A stretch of 64,000 nucleotides of DNA. Origin: Promethearchaeati archaeon SRVP18_Atabeyarchaeia-1. GTDB taxonomy: Archaea; Asgardarchaeota; Atabeyarchaeia; Atabeyarchaeales; Atabeyarchaeaceae. The position numbers and the translations under genes were made by a program. A model generated the notes under the pieces. It did not search any database. It was not told the origin of the DNA and saw only the letters and a list, made by a program, of their open reading frames with translations. Of the stretch, positions 8,485 to 17,928 are shown piece after piece (within the stretch, counting starts at the first letter, position 1; each line of letters starts with the position of its first letter). The stretch lies in the NCBI GenBank assembly GCA_037308085.1, contig CP147779.1:1664001-1728000 (forward strand), written 5' to 3'.

Positions 8485-10716
8485 CTATTCATATTCACCT
8501 ATACTGATCTGTGATACTCTCTTTGCCGGATTCCCGTACAGAATCGGCTTCATCCAGTTATCATCTTCCATTCCCTTTGACTCTATGAGCTGCAATCTTG
8601 CCTCTTTGAGTGCTTCGCCTACTGGTCTCTTGTTCTTGATGAGTTCCTCATAAAAAGCCTTCGTTAAGGTAAGAGTTGATTCTGTCATCCCTTCCGTGAC
8701 GGCGCCGACGAAGCATTCGGGCCCAGCTAGTTTCACGCCATAAGCCAACGTGTGCAGAATTCGGTCTTGCTGCTTCCCGTCCCATCCGCGCTCCCACGGC
8801 GGCCAGCATACATAGGAAACAATAAGCTGTGGATAGCCATTCTTGAAGAGCTTCCTGAGTTCATTTCCTCTGACTTCTCCGTCGATGAATAGCCAAGAGC
8901 TGGCCGTAGGATCGCCCGAGCTTGACTCAGCCGATCCAACAAAGTGGACTATATCATATTTGCCTGAGGAAAGATGCTCTTCGAAAGCCTGCCTGTTGAC
9001 TTCTCCTTTAAGGGTCTCGACTTTCACGGTGACGTCCCCAAAGGACTTGCTATCAGTAAGGAACTGCTCTAGCTGGTCTTCGTAGCTTGAAGGGGATGAT
9101 AGCTTGCCTTCTACTTTGCTGTCGATAAGTAGTATTGTCACTGGCTCGCTGTCGCCGCGAACGCGTGGGACCACCTTGTCTCTTTCTTCATCAGCAATTG
9201 AGCCATGCTCCTCTATGATCCACCTTGAAATTGGTTTCTTAAGGCACAGAAACTTGTCGCCATCATGCAGTATCTCGAACGGGATCATCAGTTCATCCCG
9301 ATCCACTTCGAAGGTGAGGTATTCAGGATCATCTTCCTCTATGTTTGTTAGCATGCTTTTGCTGAGCAACGTGTTGAATATTGATGCGCCTACCTTCTTG
9401 ATTTCGTCAAGGAAGTTCTTGACATACCTCTTCCTGAGGTCCTCCGTTGTGGCAGTTCTTGTTTTGTTCTCCATGTTGCTGCGGAGTCGATCGACATCCT
9501 TGATCATAGTCTTCAGACCGTACTCATCAAGTGGGGTGAGCGTAGAGTAGGTTCCGCTAATGTGACCTGGAGCATAGATCATTTCGTACTGGTTCTTTTG
9601 CCGAGAGACACTCAGGTATCCCACACCGGCGCTGATAGCCTCTGTGGTACCGCCAACGAATAGCCTTGACTTGAAGAATTCCCTCGGGTTAGGGACTAAC
9701 GACTCAACTTGACGCTTCCCAGCTGACGTTATATGATCCCGCGCAACTATGTAGAACTGCTCGAGAGCTTGGTTAAGGTCGTCGACAGAAGTAACATCTT
9801 TCTGACCCAGAATTATCGGGGCAGAATCCTGAATCAGCTTAAACAAACTAAAGATTCTCTTCGGAGGAGTAGTTGAAGGCATTGCGAGAGCAACTATGTA
9901 GGAGACGCCAAACTGGTCGCGCTTTGCCGTGTGGTAACTGCAAAGGTAGAAATCTTCGGTCTTGACAGTAGCGAAGCTGGGGAGAGTGTCGCTGGACGGG
10001 TGCATGCCGGCTGTTGTATTAACCTGACTGGCGCTAAGGGAGAATACCTGCGGATAAGTTGATTCCAAGGTGGGTTCGAACCCTCCAGAATTGCCTATTA
10101 AAGCAACACCCAAGCGGGTCAACTCTGGCGGAGCTTGAGGTATAGCCTGAATTGTAAGTGTTCGTTGCACTAGGTCAACCAATAAGACCTGGAAAGCCTG
10201 TGATATGCCATCCCCATTGATGGCGATCGACTCGTATACTCTACTCCCCCTGACTCCTGGCAAGTCGCCAAACTCATTGACAGTAATCAGGTCTCCATCC
10301 GTGTCACGCTTGTTGAGCATGAAGATCTTTGGCAAATTCGAATACGTTTGCCCCATCACAGCCATCAATTCGTCTAGGCTAGCCACGTCTTCGCTCATCT
10401 TGCTTCTCTCTGATTCGGCCACGAATATGAGCCCGTCAGCCCCTTCCGTGAGGATTCTTCTCTCTCGCGCGCAACTCTCAGAGCCACCTACAGCGAAGAA
10501 GTCGTAGAGGACTTCTCCACCAGTTGACAGAGATGCATAATCAAAGTAAACGGTCTCGCCTCGATTATTCTCGACTGACGTGAAGCCTCCCTTGCTTAGC
10601 TCGGCCACGTTGTTGTAATACCACTTCACCATGGCAGTCTTGCCTGACCTGAAGGGTCCCCATACCACAATCTTGAAGTGCATGCGGCCATTGTCGTCAC
10701 GGTTCATTTGAGGCAT
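8485..10716 (-). CDS. MglA-like small GTPase + possible longin/uDENN-like domain + C-terminal CHAT (caspase-like) domain fusion
   Basis: N-term KIVVWGPFRSGKT, TVYFDY, GADGLIFVAES, NKRD; C-term LMIPFEILHDG, DIVHFVG, AFYEEL...VGEALKEAR, W..PILYGNP typical of CHAT. Confidence 0.8.
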   Translation of the reverse strand: MPQMNRDDNGRMHFKIVVWGPFRSGKTAMVKWYYNNVAELSKGGFTSVENNRGETVYFDYASLSTGGEVLYDFFAVGGSESCARERRILTEGADGLIFVAESERSKMSEDVASLDELMAVMGQTYSNLPKIFMLNKRDTDGDLITVNEFGDLPGVRGSRVYESIAINGDGISQAFQVLLVDLVQRTLTIQAIPQAPPELTRLGVALIGNSGGFEPTLESTYPQVFSLSASQVNTTAGMHPSSDTLPSFATVKTEDFYLCSYHTAKRDQFGVSYIVALAMPSTTPPKRIFSLFKLIQDSAPIILGQKDVTSVDDLNQALEQFYIVARDHITSAGKRQVESLVPNPREFFKSRLFVGGTTEAISAGVGYLSVSRQKNQYEMIYAPGHISGTYSTLTPLDEYGLKTMIKDVDRLRSNMENKTRTATTEDLRKRYVKNFLDEIKKVGASIFNTLLSKSMLTNIEEDDPEYLTFEVDRDELMIPFEILHDGDKFLCLKKPISRWIIEEHGSIADEERDKVVPRVRGDSEPVTILLIDSKVEGKLSSPSSYEDQLEQFLTDSKSFGDVTVKVETLKGEVNRQAFEEHLSSGKYDIVHFVGSAESSSGDPTASSWLFIDGEVRGNELRKLFKNGYPQLIVSYVCWPPWERGWDGKQQDRILHTLAYGVKLAGPECFVGAVTEGMTESTLTLTKAFYEELIKNKRPVGEALKEARLQLIESKGMEDDNWMKPILYGNPAKRVSQISIGEYE

Positions 10717-11268
10717 CTACCCCATAGTCAAGTCTCAGCGATCATTAACCAATACGTCAAGCATTTTAAAGTACATTACCCCTATCCCTGCCTGTGACAA
10801 TTCACATCTTGCGAATGTCTTAACGGCCGCGGATCTGGGAATTGGGGCAATATCTTTCCGAGAAGAACTCAATCAAGGTGCTCTGGGGCCCTTAAAGATA
10901 AACGAGTTCCGGGGACGCGCTCACTTCAACGTCGCGCCGAAGCCCGCGGGTAGCTCTAGGTCTGGTTGCAGTCATGGTATTGAGCAGGAGTCCATAGCTT
11001 CTTTAGGTTCCCTCGAAACTGTTGAATAAGGCGAAACAAATATCTGAAGAGTTGCTCAATGGTTATTCGGGATAGCGAGCTGGGTTTGAGATTTTGGTAC
11101 CCTTAACGTTATCCTTCTCTGGCTTGCATTCATGCGCAGTAATTGCTGCAATCCAAAGTTAGGTTTAGTTTAATATGCTGGCATGCACCTTTCGATATAC
11201 GTGTGTGCGGGTCGGCCACCTGATCCTATGGATATTGCGGCTGACCTAGCTGAATATCATTCAATGGA

Positions 11269-13248
11269 GTGTGTGACAGAAAGATGGCAGTCAGCGACTC
11301 AATAAAGAGTCTCCTGAGTACGGAGTCATTGGTTCGAAGGGCCTCGGCAAGAGTTCTCAGCGACATGGCTGAATCTGATCCGAGCAAATTCAAGGAAGAC
11401 GATCTGGCGGCAATCATCAAAGTCCTACGGGAAGAGGATGATTCCTTGACTCTTGAATTCCTGCTCAAAGTGATCGACTTCGCTGGTCTAAGGAATCTCA
11501 CCTATCTCATTAATGCCGGCCTTCTGAGAGTTCTCGTAGACGTCTACATGAGAAATATGGGTGGCATAGGGGTGCCAGTGGGTCGCAATGCCATGCGTCT
11601 TATCTCAACTCTCGCGTCGGCTGATATTGAGGGGGCTGAGAAACTCGATGTGATAGGTCTGGATCTAAGGGCAATAACTGGTTCGTCTGATCCCTATGTT
11701 CGCTGGTACGCCTCAATGGGGCTTCGGAAGCTTGATCCATCCTTGATACGGAAGGGATCCCCCGAGATCGTGGACTACTGCCTGGATGCATTGACTAAGG
11801 AGAGCGATGATAAAGTCAGGATTGCAGGCGCATTGACGCTGTCACTTGTGGCATCACTCGCGCCAGAGGCACTGGACGGGAACGATGCCATCAAGACTAT
11901 CATTAAGACCATGTTGAAGGACCCGAACTCTGAGGTTCAGGAAATGGCAGCGATGACGCTGCAGTTTCTGGCGAGAAGAGACCCCTCTCGGCTACGAGAT
12001 ACCAAGATCGGTGAAGCTCTCTGCGAGACCGTAATCAACAAGTTGGAATCCCTCAAGAAAAACGACAACCGGGCGGATCGCGAAGTCCTTGTATCTGCAG
12101 CGTCAACCATATCTATACTCGCAATGAGAGATCTTTCGACTCTGACCGAGAGTAAGGGTATTGAGGAGATCAACATAGCTGAAATTGTCACCAGTGCCCT
12201 GGCGGAGAGCGCCGAGGAAACCGATGTAAGGCCCATACTCTTGTCCATCTTGTTGGAGCTCTCGAACAAGGCTGCTCGTTACGTCAACAACAAGAGGATT
12301 GTTAGTGTTCTGGCTGATCTGCTCGACAAGGGGGATGAAGCAGACACTTCGCGCAGATCAGCGATCTCAATTCTTGACATGGTGGCGTCGATCTACCCAA
12401 CTCTGTTCGCCGACTCACTCGCGCTAGAGAGGATAGTTTCGGCCTCACTTAAGAGCGCGAAACTTGAGACATCAGCAAGACCACAGCACGGACCATCACC
12501 CATAGTTGTTCTAGACACTCTCGTTAGCTCAGAAAAAGGATACAGGGTGGCAGTCGCTGGCCTACAGAGACTCCACAAGGAGAAACCTTACCTAGTCTCA
12601 GAGATATGCGAAGCAAGAAATTGGAAGGGTATAATGAGCCAAATCAAGGGAGAACCGGTAGCCGAGACGAAAATAGAGAAGCCTCCGACAGTTGCAAGCA
12701 CAACGCCCGTGCAGAGAGCGGTCGGACAGGTTGCCACTGAAAGGAAAGAGCCTGAACCTACAGAAGTTTCGAAGGAAGAAAAGAGGAAACCTGCACCATC
12801 GACGAGGCTAAACGATGAACAGAAGGCGATGCTTCAGGAGATCTTCAACACGTACGCCGAAATACCATTAACGGAACTCGCCCAGAAGCTGAATGTAGAC
12901 GAGAACATCATCAGAGAGGTGCTAGGCAAACTCATTGGATCAGGCAAACTGCCCTACAAGATCCAAGATGACAGGCTCTACCTTAAGAAAGTGCCTACAG
13001 TTCGGGCGACCCGGAGGGAGAGGTCCACGCTTTGCATCTGGTGTGGAGCCGAGTTGGGTCCGATGGATGAAAGATGCCCGAATTGCAATAAAACTCCTCC
13101 GAAGTGCCTCATCTGCAACGCCGAGCTTACAACCGAGGATGAGCTTGAGAAATGCCCGTTCTGTGGAACTCTGTTCCACCGCGAGCACTATAGGAAATGG
13201 GTGGAGAAGAAGAAGCACTGTCCCAAGTGCAGTGTTGCATGGTCGTAG
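11269..13248 (+). CDS. HEAT/ARM-repeat protein with PCI-like winged helix, zinc ribbon and C-terminal RING-variant finger (putative E3 ligase)
   Basis: Repeats such as DPYVRWYASMGL, DDKVRIAGALTL, DPNSEVQEMAAMTL; IPLTELAQKLNV helix; CIWC..CPNC; CLIC-x12-CPFC-x4-HREH-x3-W-x6-CPKC. Confidence 0.8.
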   Translation: MCDRKMAVSDSIKSLLSTESLVRRASARVLSDMAESDPSKFKEDDLAAIIKVLREEDDSLTLEFLLKVIDFAGLRNLTYLINAGLLRVLVDVYMRNMGGIGVPVGRNAMRLISTLASADIEGAEKLDVIGLDLRAITGSSDPYVRWYASMGLRKLDPSLIRKGSPEIVDYCLDALTKESDDKVRIAGALTLSLVASLAPEALDGNDAIKTIIKTMLKDPNSEVQEMAAMTLQFLARRDPSRLRDTKIGEALCETVINKLESLKKNDNRADREVLVSAASTISILAMRDLSTLTESKGIEEINIAEIVTSALAESAEETDVRPILLSILLELSNKAARYVNNKRIVSVLADLLDKGDEADTSRRSAISILDMVASIYPTLFADSLALERIVSASLKSAKLETSARPQHGPSPIVVLDTLVSSEKGYRVAVAGLQRLHKEKPYLVSEICEARNWKGIMSQIKGEPVAETKIEKPPTVASTTPVQRAVGQVATERKEPEPTEVSKEEKRKPAPSTRLNDEQKAMLQEIFNTYAEIPLTELAQKLNVDENIIREVLGKLIGSGKLPYKIQDDRLYLKKVPTVRATRRERSTLCIWCGAELGPMDERCPNCNKTPPKCLICNAELTTEDELEKCPFCGTLFHREHYRKWVEKKKHCPKCSVAWS

Positions 13249-13325
13249 GACCGCTACAGATTCACCCAGAAGGAGGAGCCAGAATCGTTACCTTTTTATC
13301 CTTCTGGTTGTAAAAAGTCTACTCC

Positions 13326-13799
13326 ATGAGCGAAATAAGTGAAAAAGACCTAGAGATACTTAGGATACTGCAGGACAACTGTCGGCTAAGGGCCAAGGAA
13401 ATCTCCAAGAGGATTCAAACTCCCATATCCACGGTCTTCGCAAAAACCAAGAGAATGGAGAAAGACGGCATAATAAAGGGATACAAGGCTATATTGGACC
13501 CTGGTAAGCTTGGAAAGGGTGCCACCGCTTTTGTACTCATTACATTCGAGCATGTGGTTGGCGTTGGAGAGGCTGGTCCCTCGCAGAGGGATGTGGCCCG
13601 AGAAATCGCCAAGCTCAAGGAAGTTCAGGAAGTTCATATTATCACTGGGGATTGGGATCTTCTCGCAAAGGTTAAGGCAAGAGATATGGATGATATTGGA
13701 AGATTACTGATTGACAGGATTCGCCTGATAAGAGGCGTCAAAAAAACGCTGACGTGTGTGGCTTTTCAAACAGAGAAAGAAACAACAGACGTGATATGA
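13326..13799 (+). CDS. Lrp/AsnC family transcriptional regulator
   Basis: DLEILRILQDNCR HTH; EVHIITGDWDLL RAM domain. Confidence 0.93.
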   Translation: MSEISEKDLEILRILQDNCRLRAKEISKRIQTPISTVFAKTKRMEKDGIIKGYKAILDPGKLGKGATAFVLITFEHVVGVGEAGPSQRDVAREIAKLKEVQEVHIITGDWDLLAKVKARDMDDIGRLLIDRIRLIRGVKKTLTCVAFQTEKETTDVI

Positions 13800-13833
13800 C
13801 AAGAGGACGTGACAGGTTCTAGATAAACGAAAA

Positions 13834-14241
13834 CTACTTATTCTGCGCCATTATCTCAGATACCATATCTTTTGTTCTATTCAGCTCCAAGAAGGTCATT
13901 CCAAGGCTTGCCCCTTTTCTTGTGATAACCGACAAGATCATTTCTTCTGTGGCCTTGGACAGGACAATGTCGCCTATTAGTCCGCTCACAACGACTCTCT
14001 TCAACTCGCCCAACTCGAGCTGGTTCACAACATTGGCGCCGATGTTAAGAAGTGCAGCGGACATCGCGCCAGCAATCGCGTCATCGCTGAGACCTGGAGT
14101 CCAAGCGGAAACAATCAGGCCATCACGTCTCACAAGGGTAGCTCCATCTATCCCTTGAGTCGAGGTACCAAGGTGTTTGAGTATGCTTCCGAGTCTTCCT
14201 TTCAGGCTCGAATCATTTTCAACCCCAGGAGCTTTCACCAC
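13834..14241 (-). CDS. Roadblock/LC7 (MglB-like) protein
   Basis: LVRRDGLIVSA, AMSAALLNIG, LELGELKRVVV, ASLGM. Confidence 0.9.
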   Translation of the reverse strand: MVKAPGVENDSSLKGRLGSILKHLGTSTQGIDGATLVRRDGLIVSAWTPGLSDDAIAGAMSAALLNIGANVVNQLELGELKRVVVSGLIGDIVLSKATEEMILSVITRKGASLGMTFLELNRTKDMVSEIMAQNK

Positions 14242-14275
14242 ACTCTGCCCCCATTTAAGACTTAAACGTGCTAAA

Positions 14276-14869
14276 TCAGGATCCGATCAAGCCACGTTCT
14301 TTCATAACCTTGAGTAGCGCTAGCAGCGCCTCTCTAATCCCTCGCCCCGTCAAGGCCGAGCCCTCGAAGAATTGAACCGATTCAATCTTCATTAGGCTCT
14401 TCATGGCGCCGGCTTTCATGGCACTTTCTAGATCCTGCTTGTTGGCAACTACAACCATTGGGATATCTTTACCGAGGTAGGACTTTACTTCCTCGTAGAT
14501 GGCTATCGCATGCCCTATCTGTCCGGGAGCTGTGCTATCCACAATGAAGATGACGCCCTGCGCTCCTTTGCTTGTGGCTTCTCTGATTGGTGACATATGA
14601 ACTTGGCCAGGGCTTCCCATCAACATCACGCGGAAAATGTCTGATCCAATATTGTCGTTCTTAATCTCATCATCACTACACAATTTGTCGTTTCCATTCC
14701 ACCATACATGCCCTAGGTCAAACACGATCGTGGTTGTAGTACCATCTGCGAGAGTTCTCTCTACACTCTGCGCGTTCTTGTCCAAGAAGTGGACGAACGT
14801 CGTTTTTCCCGCGTGAAAGGGACCGGCAACGAAAATCTTGTAAGTTGCCGCCTTCTTTTCACAACTCAA
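14276..14869 (-). CDS. MglA/Arf-like small GTPase
   Basis: GPFHAGKTT (G1), TTTIVFDLG (G2), GSPGQ (G3), NKQD (G4), SAL (G5). Confidence 0.92.
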   Translation of the reverse strand: MSCEKKAATYKIFVAGPFHAGKTTFVHFLDKNAQSVERTLADGTTTTIVFDLGHVWWNGNDKLCSDDEIKNDNIGSDIFRVMLMGSPGQVHMSPIREATSKGAQGVIFIVDSTAPGQIGHAIAIYEEVKSYLGKDIPMVVVANKQDLESAMKAGAMKSLMKIESVQFFEGSALTGRGIREALLALLKVMKERGLIGS

Positions 14870-15258
14870 TGGAAATCATCTCCATCAAGAACTTCCGTTA
14901 TTTTGATGGACGCCTTCTGGAGTACCAGGTGGATGAGCCCCAGACCGACTTTGGAGCGCGCTGTGCCAATTATCAGTTGGTGCTTTCCAGCGCTCCTGAC
15001 GACAGTGATCCCGTCGTCTGCCTGTATGGTGACCTGGGATAGCTTCCCTTGCTTCAACTCCTCAACTGTCCTTTCGCCCATAGCAAGGATGGCTGCGGCC
15101 ATAGCTGAGAGAATACTCTCCTTCTCGGGTAGGCAAATTGCCGAGCAAATCGGCAACCCGTCTTCGCTTACGATGCAAGTGGCATCAAGGCTGCCTGAGT
15201 CAACAGTGTCTTGAAGAACTTGGGTTAACTTCATCTGCTTGCTAAGGGTTTCAGCCAT
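14866..15258 (-). CDS. Roadblock/LC7 (MglB-like) protein
   Basis: IVSEDGLPIC, SAMAAAILAMGER, ELKQGKL, LGLIHL; likely start ATG 15258; overlaps the GTPase start. Confidence 0.9.
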   Translation of the reverse strand: MAETLSKQMKLTQVLQDTVDSGSLDATCIVSEDGLPICSAICLPEKESILSAMAAAILAMGERTVEELKQGKLSQVTIQADDGITVVRSAGKHQLIIGTARSKVGLGLIHLVLQKASIKITEVLDGDDFH

Positions 15259-15698
15259 ATACCGGCCCCCTGATTGCAAAGGAACTTGAAACAAATACTA
15301 CTGTGAACGCATCAATTCCAATATTGAGAGGAGTTCAGGCTAATTAAAAGCCTATCTTTACTTGTGCCAAGATTCCTCTGCTTGCGTGCGATCCTCGCAA
15401 GATCCACTGCACGGTTGCTAAATTCGCAAGAGGCAATTCAAATGTCTGGGTCTCAAAGATTAGCGTAGAAAATGCATGGTAGCTACTGCGCAAACGAGCG
15501 ATCCCAATGTGCCAGGATCGGCTTGGACCAATTTACAGAAGTTGTGACGACTTTCCAAACCTGCTAAAAAGATCGCCATCCAAGATGTCAACAGTTAGGG
15601 CTTAAGATTCATCGAGAGAATCGTACTTTCGCGAACCGTTGGAGAAGAGACCAGTAAACGTTGACCCAGATTTCTCTTTGAGACAACAATGTTACGAG

Positions 15699-15929
15699 GT
15701 GAGCTACCAGCCCCTCAAAGGGTGTTGGCTTCCTGGTTCATGGACCGAGCTTGCCTCGACGTGTGGGGGTCGTTGAGGCACCTCAGAGGCGCCGGGGTAG
15801 AGGCTTCGATCTCCGCAGGCGTAGATTCGGCGCGCACCGTACCTATTGCCGAGACCGATGCATGTTCCTCTATTTGAACCCGCGATTCACCCCCCCCCTC
15901 AAAGGGTGTGGGCTTCCTGGCCCGCGTTT
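15699..15929 (-). mobile_element. 231-bp non-autonomous IS200/IS605-type miniature element, copy 1 (end hairpins plus tnpB-tail/omegaRNA-like core)
   Basis: On the minus strand it follows TTAC, carries GGAAGCC(C/A)ACACCCTTTGAGGGG at both ends and terminates in GCTCAC. Homologous to 20106-20336. Confidence 0.75.
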
Positions 15930-15944
15930 GTAAGAACTCGTGGT

Positions 15945-16751
15945 CTACTCGAATCTCGACGGTTCGGCTCGCACCTGGTACAGCTCGACGCCAGCGCTTC
16001 TGCATGCCTGGTGGATCATGCCTCTTATCTTGATACATACAATTGCCTTTCGAACCTTGACTCCCTCGCGCTCCTTTGATCCCTTATTATCTGCCTGTTG
16101 CCTCAGAAACTCTGCATAGCCCTCGGCAAGCTTGCACACCTGTCCTACTGCCTGCTCGGTCGCAGTCACCTCTACCTCAGCGACAACCGGGGTTCCATTG
16201 CGGTCTAGCAAAAGCAGATCTATTGTGCCGGTGGGAGTCGACTGCTCTTTCCCTATTACTGTCAGGTCTTCTTCGATTATCGACGGAGCCAGCGAGAGTA
16301 GTTCCGTGAGCAATTCCTCTGTTTCAAACCTTGTTTCATGAAGTGCTTCTTCAGAGCCCTTCTCCAATGCCTTGCTCAAGTGTTGCTGAACAGTTTCGAC
16401 CTTCTCCTCCAAGGCATGTGGAAATACTGCCACTGGTCTGTCGGAACTGTCCCTCACCACCAATATGGGTGTGTTGCTCAAGTTCAAGTTCTTAGAACCT
16501 GATAGTGCGAGGGTCATTCCACCTCCGCTGACTACTCGACCCCTTGTCTGTGGAGGTATCGTTCTGATGTCTGCCGTGATCCTCTCTCGTTGAACGTCTG
16601 TCAGAGCCGAGACATCTATGACTTCCACTCTGATATTCTTCTCCTTTTTCTCCAAATCGCGTAACGCAGACAGTACATTACCGAAGGTCGAGTGAGCCGA
16701 AATGGAATCCTTGACATATAGAATGTATCTGTATGTATTCCCGCCTAGCAT
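15945..16751 (-). CDS. Protein with C-terminal NucS-like PD-(D/E)xK domain
   Basis: E..LTELL, GKEQSTPTGTIDLLLLDRNGTPVVAEVE, AVGQV. Confidence 0.7.
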   Translation of the reverse strand: MLGGNTYRYILYVKDSISAHSTFGNVLSALRDLEKKEKNIRVEVIDVSALTDVQRERITADIRTIPPQTRGRVVSGGGMTLALSGSKNLNLSNTPILVVRDSSDRPVAVFPHALEEKVETVQQHLSKALEKGSEEALHETRFETEELLTELLSLAPSIIEEDLTVIGKEQSTPTGTIDLLLLDRNGTPVVAEVEVTATEQAVGQVCKLAEGYAEFLRQQADNKGSKEREGVKVRKAIVCIKIRGMIHQACRSAGVELYQVRAEPSRFE

Positions 16752-16868
16752 GATCCGAATCGTTCCCCTTGAGTTCTATGCAGAACAAACGACTATTGAC
16801 TAAATCGGTAATAAGAGAGACCTCTCGGATCTTCAAGCAGCGTCTTCTTGGCAAATCGCCTTTGTGAG

Positions 16869-17747
16869 CTAGAGCAACTCGGATGGGATGGTTAGTTGTG
16901 GAAAAGAAGTGGAGAAGTAGCGTTGTTTATGAAGAAAGGTCTCGACTAGGTTTTCGGTCGAGTACTGGTTCTGCGTGAACTCCTTGTATGTGGACTTCAT
17001 ACCGATTCTTTCGAATTGGGCTTCAGTGCCAAATACTTCGTTCAGTATCTGTTGTGCGTTTAAACCGTCTTTGCTTAGCTTCAAGATTCTCTGGCCTTTT
17101 TCTTCGCGCAAGGCTATCGATCGGTCAAGAACATTCGAAGCGTCTTCAATCGGGCCGCTTACTGCCGTAAACATTACTCGAGGAGAGAATTCTCTGATCT
17201 TCTTCAAAGATGATATGATGTGCCACTGATTCTCGTCGAGTCTTGCCGCAACAAGTTTAACCGATATGAATAGGTCTCCAACGAAAACCCAGCCTTCTCT
17301 AGGTTCAACGATAGCAATGTGGTCCAGCGAATGCCCCGGCACGTGGACCACTTGAAACTCATGATTCTCAGTCTGAATTGTGTCTCCTAAGGGAAGCCCT
17401 TCCGAAGGATCAGGATAACCCCACGTCAGTTCCTGATAGGGATAGAGTTTGGGAATCAGTCTAAGCAAGGGAACAGCCAGAGGATGCGCGTATATCCGGA
17501 CTTTTCGGCCAGACTGGAGGAGATGGTTGCCTGCAATGTGATCCTCATGGTGGTGAGTGTTAATGACCGCTCTTACCTGTGACGGCTTCAGGAGGTCTAC
17601 TAGCTCCCTCTTCGTGTAGTCACACCCGGTATCAATAAGCAGGTCGTCGATAAGATACCCGGAGACCCACATGAGCGGAGTGCCTCCGACAGATTTGCTC
17701 ATCTTTATCTGTGCAACTGAGTCGCCAACATTGGTTTTCTTGATCAA
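16869..17747 (-). CDS. MBL-fold metallo-hydrolase
   Basis: LIDTG, THHHEDH, PGHSLDH, FVGDL. Confidence 0.9.
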   Translation of the reverse strand: MIKKTNVGDSVAQIKMSKSVGGTPLMWVSGYLIDDLLIDTGCDYTKRELVDLLKPSQVRAVINTHHHEDHIAGNHLLQSGRKVRIYAHPLAVPLLRLIPKLYPYQELTWGYPDPSEGLPLGDTIQTENHEFQVVHVPGHSLDHIAIVEPREGWVFVGDLFISVKLVAARLDENQWHIISSLKKIREFSPRVMFTAVSGPIEDASNVLDRSIALREEKGQRILKLSKDGLNAQQILNEVFGTEAQFERIGMKSTYKEFTQNQYSTENLVETFLHKQRYFSTSFPQLTIPSELL

Positions 17748-17928
17748 GCCGATTCGACCTCCGAGGATCTAGAGCTATCTGTTTTGGCGCGCGTTCTTTT
17801 TGAGGTTGAAGGTTTTGACGCACAATCTTATTTCTTACGTCGATTCTACTGGGGTTTGTGGATCGCTGTCGCAAGACTCTCTGGTTCCCATAGTGAAGCT
17901 GCTCGGCGTTAGGTCAAAGAAAGGCGAC

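Noticed and set aside
10860-11000. GC-rich intergenic stretch as a possible tRNA or ncRNA
   Set aside because: No cloverleaf or T-loop consensus recognisable by eye.
15689-16079. Several short overlapping ORFs
   Set aside because: They are translations of the 231-bp miniature element and its flanks, not genes.
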